Shown piece after piece: positions 28,693 through 35,867 of a DNA stretch of 56,332 nucleotides. The stretch is taken from sequence record PQ850607.1; one strand, 5' to 3'. The translations under genes and the position numbers were made by a program. This DNA is from Escherichia phage HelliStehle_Bas95. The notes under the pieces are model-generated. The model worked only from the letters and a program-made list of their open reading frames with translations. It was not told where the DNA came from and searched no databases. The first letter of the stretch is position 1, and every line of letters starts with the position of its first letter.

Positions 28693-29255
28693 CAGAATTT
28701 CTTCCCATGTGCTTCAGCGCGAGCGCCAGGTTGATGGTCGGCACGCTTACGGTTGTAAGCAACCTTCTCCATGATGGCCCCGATGATATCCAGGTTTTCG
28801 CTTTCGGCGATGTCGAGAATGCGGATGATTGCGTCGGCCAGTTCCACTTCCAGCATGGAGCGGTTCGGCAGGTGGTCATCCATCAGGTTCTTACGTGCAC
28901 CTTCCATCGCTTCAGAGATCTCACTGTGCACCAGGCACAACAGAGTACCCATCTCACGCGGCTTATCCCACCAACCCATCTGACGATTCTGACGGTGGAT
29001 GCGACGTTGCAGGATAGCGAACGGGATACTGCGGTACAGTTCGGTGCTGGCCGACTCGACACGCTTGCAACCCATCACTTCAGACTCAACTTCCACTTTC
29101 CCATCTTCAGCTTTGATCGGATTAATACTCATCTTTTCGGAATCCTTATTAGGTTGATTGTCTTTCATGAAACTGTGACCACCATGAATCGATTGATTGC
29201 AGCCGGGTGATGCACCAACTTCGTTTACACCACAGTGTATGCAAGATCTACTCAT
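28692..29255 (-). CDS. MazG-like nucleoside triphosphate pyrophosphohydrolase
   Basis: C-terminal EMGTLLCLVHSEISEAMEGARK...ELADAIIRILDIAE; start placed at ATG 29255 with SD GGGGA. Confidence 0.6.
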   Translation of the reverse strand: MSRSCIHCGVNEVGASPGCNQSIHGGHSFMKDNQPNKDSEKMSINPIKAEDGKVEVESEVMGCKRVESASTELYRSIPFAILQRRIHRQNRQMGWWDKPREMGTLLCLVHSEISEAMEGARKNLMDDHLPNRSMLEVELADAIIRILDIAESENLDIIGAIMEKVAYNRKRADHQPGARAEAHGKKF

Positions 29256-29382
29256 CTTTTTCATTCCCCTTTTTACGACCGATTTTACCACTGCATACAG
29301 GGCATTCCTCGCCCCACTTCTTAGCACTGTAATGACCGTGCTCGCCACACTTCCGTAAATCGTTAAGCCATAAGATAGCCAT
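29248..29382 (-). CDS. small zinc-ribbon protein
   Basis: 44 aa MAILWLNDLRKCGEHGHY...CPVCSG; below six-frame track cutoff; downstream of promoter at 29416-29444. Confidence 0.4.
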   Translation of the reverse strand: MAILWLNDLRKCGEHGHYSAKKWGEECPVCSGKIGRKKGNEKDE

Positions 29383-29415
29383 TGTATTTTCCTAGCTGGT
29401 TTACTTGACGGGGCT

Positions 29416-29444
29416 AATGTACCCCGCATTGAAACTTGTGTCAA
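29416..29444 (-). promoter_or_regulatory. sigma70-type promoter TTGACA-17-TACATT
   Basis: read on - strand; GGGG...CCCC palindrome in spacer. Confidence 0.5.
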
Positions 29445-29448
29445 TTAA

Positions 29449-30039
29449 TTATTTTATTAAAAGTTTGTGCGCTTGAAAAATGTACCAAAGGTAATTCACA
29501 TTATTCCAGTCGAGACGGGAGGCCAGGCTACAATCTGATACAAGTTGACCTGAGCACATGCTTGATTCTGTCACATCACCCCATCGACTTTTATTCTTCG
29601 TGTGGATGCGCTCGTCGTGCGGCACCCCGGCAGCGTCCAGCTTGCGCAACATGGCGATCACCGGGTCAGCCAGCAGTTCCGCAACCACGCTGTCGTAATA
29701 CTGGTCCGTCAGTTTGTTCTTACGCTTCCACGTTCCGGGCGTACCCTTCGGTGCCGTGCGCTTAACTAGTGTGCCGCCGGACTGCGCGACGTAATACCGG
29801 ATAGTGTTGGACAACTTCTCTTCGTGGCCGTCCGGGTAAACCAGATGCAGCGACGAGTCACGGTTAACCTTGCCACGTAACATGAAGTCGTAAGGGTCAC
29901 GGTGGTTGATAATGAACGACGTTAAGTCTTTACCATAAACCATATGCTCCACCACCGCCTTCTGCACCACCAGGGCGGAGTGATCTTTATGCCACTCACG
30001 ATCGAATGCGTAAGCGCCTTTCAATTTCAACTTGCTCAT
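29449..30039 (-). CDS. hypothetical protein downstream of DNA polymerase
   Basis: 196-aa ORF, different frame from polymerase ORF, in-frame TGA 7 codons upstream of its ATG. Confidence 0.5.
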   Translation of the reverse strand: MSKLKLKGAYAFDREWHKDHSALVVQKAVVEHMVYGKDLTSFIINHRDPYDFMLRGKVNRDSSLHLVYPDGHEEKLSNTIRYYVAQSGGTLVKRTAPKGTPGTWKRKNKLTDQYYDSVVAELLADPVIAMLRKLDAAGVPHDERIHTKNKSRWGDVTESSMCSGQLVSDCSLASRLDWNNVNYLWYIFQAHKLLIK

Positions 30040-30169
30040 ACAGCCACCCTCTCGACGTCATAACCTTTACACTCGTGTCTATCACCAGCATGTCTGTGGA
30101 AATACGACGGTACCGATGTATGTAGTTTCATTTTCACCAAACCTTAATTACTTGACGATAGCAATATAG

Positions 30170-31711
30170 TTATTCGTACTCCGCAATATAATTGTTGCAA
30201 TCTCGAATGAACATTCGACTGTAACACGCTTCTTCAAGCTCTAACTGGGTAACCTGTTCCCACCACTTACACACGTTGTCAACATGTTCCAGATATTCCA
30301 CCGGACAGTAGTACGTGATACCGTCGGTATTACACTGAATCATCCGAAGGCCCGGAACTTTCAGTAATTGCTCAACCAACATACACAGTGAAAGCTGGCC
30401 TGATACAGTAATCGTGAGTGTGTACTGAGAATCGTAAAACGGGCTGTACGCATTGTTACTGTTGCCGTACGTACCGTTGAGGGCCAGCTTGAAAGCTCCG
30501 CCCATCATCGTCTTTTTACCTACACGCAGACGTTCGTTATACAAAAACTCGTATATCTCACAAAACTTTTCTGACAGGTGCGCAGGGTAAATCTTATTTT
30601 TGATTGCAAGGTTTGGGTAATAACTCGCAACGTCACGATCCCGCACTTTCATCTTATCGTCACTAACTATTATTTCTCTGTGTAACGATGCGTGCAATCC
30701 CCCTGTACCGAAGTCGTAATTGAAATCGTTGATACGACAATGCAAGCTGGCCGCCACAAACTTCGCACCCTCAAGGTCTGTACCCTCTGGCAAGTTGCAT
30801 AAGCGACGTGGCTTTTTAGAACCCTTCACCCACACTTTGATACGCTTCGGGTCCATCCACTTAATCATCTCAGGTGTACATACAATGTCTGAAAACGCAC
30901 CTTTAGTTTCCTTGATTGTCTGAGCGGCCAGGTAGTTCATTACCATTTGAAACGCGGGATGTTCCAGTTTGATGTAAGGTATGATGCATTCTTTCAGCGG
31001 TATCTCTTTACGAATGGTCTGACGAGGTACACGTTTACCGCCTTTCTTTTCGTAACACGGTACACCAGATTTCTCCAGTTCCGTGATGAACACCTCGGCC
31101 CCGATCTTAGTGTCATTATGGTTCATGAAGTCTTTTCCGTATTTCTCGGTAAGCTCTTCACGAAATTGAATCATGTCGTACGACGCCTTGTAAAACTCTA
31201 ATGTCGCATCAACGTCATGGTCGTTGTACGCCCACAGAATTTTCTTTTGGTCATCGTCCAGATGGGTACCGACCGGGAACGGCAGGTCTTCCACACTGTC
31301 CATACGCATTGATATCTCCAGCGCCTTCAGACTGGTAGCCTTAGCCTTGTTATCGAAGTGGTGGATCTTCAGCAGGTCAATCTGCGGTATCAGTCGAGCG
31401 TCAGCCCACATCGGGTAAGCGTTGTCACCTTTAATACGCTGCATGGCCTTCTGATAAATACCTGCTACGGATGCCCACGGATTTTCGTACAACCACTGCA
31501 AAATTTCCCAGTCAAACCACAGGTTGTTGTAACCTACCATACGCTGGTCGTTGTTACGCAGGTAGTTCATGAAATAGAAAAGTTTCTCCCTATCATCTCG
31601 ACGGTCAGATATTTCATAACGGTATCTGTTACCAGACACAGCATGAACCGCACTGAACGTGAAGATGTTGGGGTACGTTTCCAAATCGTAAACATAATCG
31701 CGAGCATCCAT
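30170..31711 (-). CDS. family B DNA polymerase (compact, exonuclease + polymerase motifs)
   Basis: YDLETYPN (Exo I), YNNLWFDWE (Exo II), DVASYYPNL (motif A), KLALNGTYGNSNN (motif B), NTDG in place of DTDS (motif C); 513 aa. Confidence 0.75.
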   Translation of the reverse strand: MDARDYVYDLETYPNIFTFSAVHAVSGNRYRYEISDRRDDREKLFYFMNYLRNNDQRMVGYNNLWFDWEILQWLYENPWASVAGIYQKAMQRIKGDNAYPMWADARLIPQIDLLKIHHFDNKAKATSLKALEISMRMDSVEDLPFPVGTHLDDDQKKILWAYNDHDVDATLEFYKASYDMIQFREELTEKYGKDFMNHNDTKIGAEVFITELEKSGVPCYEKKGGKRVPRQTIRKEIPLKECIIPYIKLEHPAFQMVMNYLAAQTIKETKGAFSDIVCTPEMIKWMDPKRIKVWVKGSKKPRRLCNLPEGTDLEGAKFVAASLHCRINDFNYDFGTGGLHASLHREIIVSDDKMKVRDRDVASYYPNLAIKNKIYPAHLSEKFCEIYEFLYNERLRVGKKTMMGGAFKLALNGTYGNSNNAYSPFYDSQYTLTITVSGQLSLCMLVEQLLKVPGLRMIQCNTDGITYYCPVEYLEHVDNVCKWWEQVTQLELEEACYSRMFIRDCNNYIAEYE

Positions 31712-31720
31712 TTTAAGTCC

Positions 31721-32401
31721 TTACATTTTCGGCAGTGGTGGTAAACCTGGTGCGTCCGGCAGCTTCGGTGGTAATGACGGTGCGCCCGGTAGCGGTGGTA
31801 ATGATGGTGTCGCCAGTGACGGTGCGGCAGTCTTCAGGATCTTCACGTTCGGACTGTCAACGTCATGCCCCAGCAGCTTCTTAGCTTTGTAGAAGAGTTC
31901 TTCCAGCATCGCCAGACCTTTGTCCGGGCTATCGGTCATCGTCGGGATACTGCGTTCTTGCTCAGCGACAAAACGGTTGGCCGCGTTAAGTGTCGAGCCG
32001 TCAAAGTTGTGACCCTTCAGCATCAGTTGCTTCTTGTCATTCGTCACCGCGTACAGATAAGCGTAGTGGCTGACGTGTGACTCGTAGTGATTCTGCCAGA
32101 TGGTAGCGTTGCACTGGTGCTGAGTCTGGCGACCGACGATGCGGGAGGCCATCATATTGGCGCCAATCAATTCGGCCCCGGAGTTTACCAGCGTCTGCAC
32201 GTTGGAGTAAATGAACTTTTTGAAAACGTCATCACCGTAGTGGTCTGTAACTTTCTCCCAGTCCTGCAACACGTAATCGTAGCGGTGTTTCTCTTCACCG
32301 AAGATTGAGATGGATGCAGCGATAACGGGAGAACCTAATACGGCGTTGGCGGTGATGAGGTGTATTGCAGCGATTCGTTGTGCCATGATTTCGGATTCCA
32401 T
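31721..32401 (-). CDS. hypothetical protein with Pro-rich C-terminal tail
   Basis: 226-aa ORF directly upstream of polymerase. Confidence 0.5.
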   Translation of the reverse strand: MESEIMAQRIAAIHLITANAVLGSPVIAASISIFGEEKHRYDYVLQDWEKVTDHYGDDVFKKFIYSNVQTLVNSGAELIGANMMASRIVGRQTQHQCNATIWQNHYESHVSHYAYLYAVTNDKKQLMLKGHNFDGSTLNAANRFVAEQERSIPTMTDSPDKGLAMLEELFYKAKKLLGHDVDSPNVKILKTAAPSLATPSLPPLPGAPSLPPKLPDAPGLPPLPKM

Positions 32402-32427
32402 AAAACGCCATCCGTGGCGTGGGATTA

Positions 32428-32742
32428 TTATAAGCAGTTGACCAGGTATGCCAGCTTGTCACCCAAATCATTCAACTTGATAGAAAGCTCTTTGGCATGA
32501 CCTGTCAGACTGGCAAGACTTTTCGTGTCAGCTACAGCGAACTCAGCGACCGAAACAGTGTTACAGTTGTTGCCGTGGAGACGACAGTGTAATACTTCGA
32601 GCAAACCTTCGATGCGGTCCTGACTCATCGCCAGGTTATTCAGATGATCCTGAAGCTCGTCGGTCATGGTCATAGGCATGGCCTTTTCGCTGTACTGTGA
32701 TTCCAAAGCTGCCTTCAGTTCTTTCTCGTTGCACATAATCAT
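32428..32742 (-). CDS. hypothetical protein
   Basis: 104-aa ORF. Confidence 0.5.
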   Translation of the reverse strand: MIMCNEKELKAALESQYSEKAMPMTMTDELQDHLNNLAMSQDRIEGLLEVLHCRLHGNNCNTVSVAEFAVADTKSLASLTGHAKELSIKLNDLGDKLAYLVNCL

Positions 32743-32781
32743 TTCCTCTTCAATGATGGCCCCTTGCGGGGCCGGGAGTGG

Positions 32782-33819
32782 TTACGCGTTGTAAGGGTGA
32801 CCGCCTGGTGCAGCAGGTGCTGCAGGTGCCGCAGGTGCTGCCGGAGGTGTCATCGGTGCTGCGGCTGCCGCAGGTTGCATCTTACCGTTAGCGACCAGGG
32901 CTTCTTCTGTCCAGCCGCTTGCGATGTACTGATCGTAAGTGTAATCAGTAGCAATCATGCGGCTCTGCGGCGTCGGTGCTACAGGCGCAGCAGGAGGTAC
33001 AGCAGGAGCGGCGGCAGGTGCAGGAGCAGCAGGAGGCATACCAGCACCCGGAGTAACCGGAGCAGCGGGAGTTGCCGGAGGCATACCAGCGCCCGGTAAA
33101 CCAGGCATCCCGCCAGCAGCCGGAGGCATACCAGGTTGTGCACTCATCGCCGGAGTAGTACCGCCCACAGGCATAGTGCTCATGCCAGTCAGTGATGCAG
33201 CAGGTTCCTGATTCAGAATGCTGGTGTAGTCAGGACCGCTCACGATCGGCGTACCGTAACCCACACGCTGAATCATGTGGAAGTTAATGTAAATGCCGGA
33301 CTGCGGTGGCGCTGAGTCGTTGCACTTGATAGAGCACAGTACGCGAACATAGTGGCCGCACGGGAAAGTGTGAGCGCCTTTAAGCTGTTGCACTTTCTTA
33401 CCGTCAGGACCAACGGTGTCGTTGTACGGAGATGGTACCGCAGACTGATCAACGTCGAACACCTGTGGCTGGAAGCCGTTCTTGAATTTGATAACCCAGC
33501 AACCTTTCCAGCCAGGCTTGTTCACGTTTTGCGGAGCGTCGCCATCTTCCATCTTCCAGTGAAAACCTACCCACTGAGTCGCCTGATATGACGCAGCGTA
33601 TTTATGCTTAGCAGCTTCCTGTTGCATCAGCGCATACAGTTCATCAAAGCGCGTGGCCGCTGGCTGGTCTTTCGGGAAGGCCACTGCGCAGAAATATTCC
33701 TCACGACCGTCCTTCAGCGCAACGCCCTGGAAGCCAGTGGTGTTAGCACGGAACGGGTCGCCGGATACCAGGATGCCAGTACCAGTCAGGAATTGATCAG
33801 CAGAGTTTTGAATAGCCAT
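32782..33819 (-). CDS. putative ssDNA-binding protein (DUF2815-like) with Pro/Ala/Gly/Met-rich linker
   Basis: 345 aa; low-complexity PAAPGMP linker and aromatic/acidic C-terminus; adjacent to Cas4-like nuclease and polymerase. Confidence 0.5.
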   Translation of the reverse strand: MAIQNSADQFLTGTGILVSGDPFRANTTGFQGVALKDGREEYFCAVAFPKDQPAATRFDELYALMQQEAAKHKYAASYQATQWVGFHWKMEDGDAPQNVNKPGWKGCWVIKFKNGFQPQVFDVDQSAVPSPYNDTVGPDGKKVQQLKGAHTFPCGHYVRVLCSIKCNDSAPPQSGIYINFHMIQRVGYGTPIVSGPDYTSILNQEPAASLTGMSTMPVGGTTPAMSAQPGMPPAAGGMPGLPGAGMPPATPAAPVTPGAGMPPAAPAPAAAPAVPPAAPVAPTPQSRMIATDYTYDQYIASGWTEEALVANGKMQPAAAAAPMTPPAAPAAPAAPAAPGGHPYNA

Positions 33820-33822
33820 TAA

Positions 33823-34998
33823 TTACTTCTCCAGTTTTGTAATAGGTTGGTTTAGTGCAATCATCATCGGGCTTTGTTCCGGGGTACCAGCTTCTTCGAT
33901 ACCACGTAGCGCCAACGTTTCGGTTTTCGGTTCGCTCAGCATCTTAGCCACGGCGTCACCGTACGTCTTCCTTATTTCTGACAGCGCCCCAATCTTACGC
34001 GGTGCTATCTTGTCCATGTCTGGTTCCATCCCGGTCACCAGCTTAATTGCTTTGGCCGCTTCCTCGACCGTGATGTTTTTCTTAGGCGCTTCCCTGGATT
34101 TTACTTTGACCATCTTCAGGTCTTTCATCACCGTGCCTTGACGCGCTAACTGTAATCCCCACTGATACGCCCCGTCAATAAAATTCTTCACCAATTTTGA
34201 TTGTTTGATGATTTTCTGAACTTCTTCCGAGGATAACAGGTTCGGGTTAAACTTCACTGGCTCAGCCATGCTCATGACATACTCAGCATTAGCGCGGCAC
34301 CGACCGATAGCTTCACACCAGATACAGTGTGGGCCAGCGGTTGCTAACTGGATTTCGTTGCTGTGGTTAGCGGTTTGATATTCTGCCGCCACACCTGCAA
34401 ATAACTCCAGTTCAGCACGCGTATACGTTGCTGTGCGTATTGCTCCCGTTGCGCCGAGGCATCGTGGCTGGATGATTTCAAAGCGTACTTCCTCCACGTT
34501 CGGGTAACGCAATACGATGTCCAGCGCATAGCACATTAGCTGGCGGTTATCTTCAGCCGACACAAACGTCCTGCCGAATTTTAGATCCGCAACAATGGCC
34601 CAGTTACTGTGTATCGCAATCGCATGTAAATCTCGGGTGCCGAAGAAGCCTGGGTGAATGTGGGTCAGGTCGACCCGATACTCCGATCTAATGTCGACCG
34701 GAACATCCAAAGCGCTACACATGTCGACTAGTTGCTTGACGCGGCCAGTGTACACGTTGCAGAACTCTGCCATTTCCTCAGTGCATTCTATCCCTGTGCG
34801 GTCATAGACTTGTCCAACAAATTGATGAACATCGTAATGACCGCGCTTGATTGCTTCTTCTGAAAAGTGGTGAGCAGTAGTCCCTTCCTGGGCTGCGTAC
34901 CCGGATTCTTCTTCCGGGCAGTTGCGGCGCATCTGGAGATAGGCTTTACAGTTCGACCACAATTCGGCACTCGATGGTCCGGTTATAAAGTGTTCCAT
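33823..34998 (-). CDS. PD-(D/E)xK nuclease, Cas4/RecB-like (DUF2800-type)
   Basis: IVADLKFG motif plus Cys cluster HCIWCEAIGRC; 391 aa. Confidence 0.65.
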   Translation of the reverse strand: MEHFITGPSSAELWSNCKAYLQMRRNCPEEESGYAAQEGTTAHHFSEEAIKRGHYDVHQFVGQVYDRTGIECTEEMAEFCNVYTGRVKQLVDMCSALDVPVDIRSEYRVDLTHIHPGFFGTRDLHAIAIHSNWAIVADLKFGRTFVSAEDNRQLMCYALDIVLRYPNVEEVRFEIIQPRCLGATGAIRTATYTRAELELFAGVAAEYQTANHSNEIQLATAGPHCIWCEAIGRCRANAEYVMSMAEPVKFNPNLLSSEEVQKIIKQSKLVKNFIDGAYQWGLQLARQGTVMKDLKMVKVKSREAPKKNITVEEAAKAIKLVTGMEPDMDKIAPRKIGALSEIRKTYGDAVAKMLSEPKTETLALRGIEEAGTPEQSPMMIALNQPITKLEK

Positions 34999-35010
34999 CG
35001 AGTGATCCCC

Positions 35011-35727
35011 TTAGATAACTGACTGGCTACGCAGGAAGTCATCGTTGGTGGCGTACTGCCAGAAGGTAAATTTATAACCCGCCTGGATGTCTTTCGCAGT
35101 CTTACCGCCAGCGATACCGAACAGGCCGTACAGTTTTTCCAGTGCATCGGCACCATGCTTGTGGGCCAGCGCCGCAGCGGTCTGTTCCATCGCTTCGTCG
35201 GTAGCACCGGACTCATCAGCGATTGTCGGGAAGTCGATCGCAACAGGCATTTGTGGTACCAGCGGCGGCAGACCTACACCAGTCAGCGGCGGTAAACCCG
35301 GTTGCGGTGCAACAGGTGCCTGTGGCGCTTCGACAGCAGGTGCCTGCGGTGCTTCAACCTCTTCAGCAGTGGCAACTTCACCACGTAGTTCAGCTTCAAC
35401 CTGTGGTACCAGCACTTCACGGTCAACACCACGCAGATATTTCCAGGTGCCGTCTGCGTTGAAGGTCTTAGCGGCAGAGTGAATACGGGAGTCCCACGGT
35501 AGACCGTTCTTATCCAGCGTGGTAGCATCCGTTTCCTGGCCGATTGACTGAGCTACTTCTTCAGCAACTTCGTCAGCCGCATCAGCGAATGACTGTTGGT
35601 TACCAGCTACCGTATCGACTACGGTCAGCGTACAGCGTTGTTCTTTACCGTAAGCGCCAGCGATGACTTCCAACAGGGAAATGATTTTGGTATTTTGTTC
35701 GACCAGCGTTTCAAAGATTCCAGACAT
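35011..35727 (-). CDS. hypothetical protein
   Basis: ATG at 35727 with SD CCTGGAG; longer annotated ORF would overrun the divergent promoter. Confidence 0.5.
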   Translation of the reverse strand: MSGIFETLVEQNTKIISLLEVIAGAYGKEQRCTLTVVDTVAGNQQSFADAADEVAEEVAQSIGQETDATTLDKNGLPWDSRIHSAAKTFNADGTWKYLRGVDREVLVPQVEAELRGEVATAEEVEAPQAPAVEAPQAPVAPQPGLPPLTGVGLPPLVPQMPVAIDFPTIADESGATDEAMEQTAAALAHKHGADALEKLYGLFGIAGGKTAKDIQAGYKFTFWQYATNDDFLRSQSVI

Positions 35728-35779
35728 TTGTATTACTCCAGGTTGATTAAAGTTTTGTTGTGTCGTGTTGACGGAATGA

Positions 35780-35832
35780 ATCATACACTCAACCAAAAAC
35801 CGATTGCAATACTTTTTTAAAAATTTTATTAT
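35780..35832. promoter_or_regulatory. back-to-back divergent promoters sharing one palindromic -35 hexamer TTGCAA
   Basis: + strand TTGCAA(35804-35809)-17-TATTAT; - strand TTGCAA-18-TATGAT (35780-35785). Confidence 0.55.
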
Positions 35833-35867
35833 CCTCCTCGTCAACACACATATAAGAGAACATCGAG

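Noticed and set aside
28692-29444. Long 250-aa version of the MazG ORF starting at 29444
   Set aside because: The N-terminal extension would begin at a non-ATG codon inside a well-formed promoter and overlaps a separate 44-aa zinc-ribbon ORF with its own SD; the shorter start at 29255 with SD is preferred
30040-30169. Group I intron or intein splitting the DNA polymerase gene
   Set aside because: The 127-bp gap is too short for a group I intron, the downstream ORF is in a different frame with an in-frame stop just upstream of its ATG, and no intein termini (Cys...His-Asn) are present
30147-30180. TACTTGACG promoter-like motif on the + strand at the 3' end of the polymerase gene
   Set aside because: No acceptable -10 hexamer at 16-18 bp spacing and no + strand gene downstream; possibly an antisense promoter but unsupported
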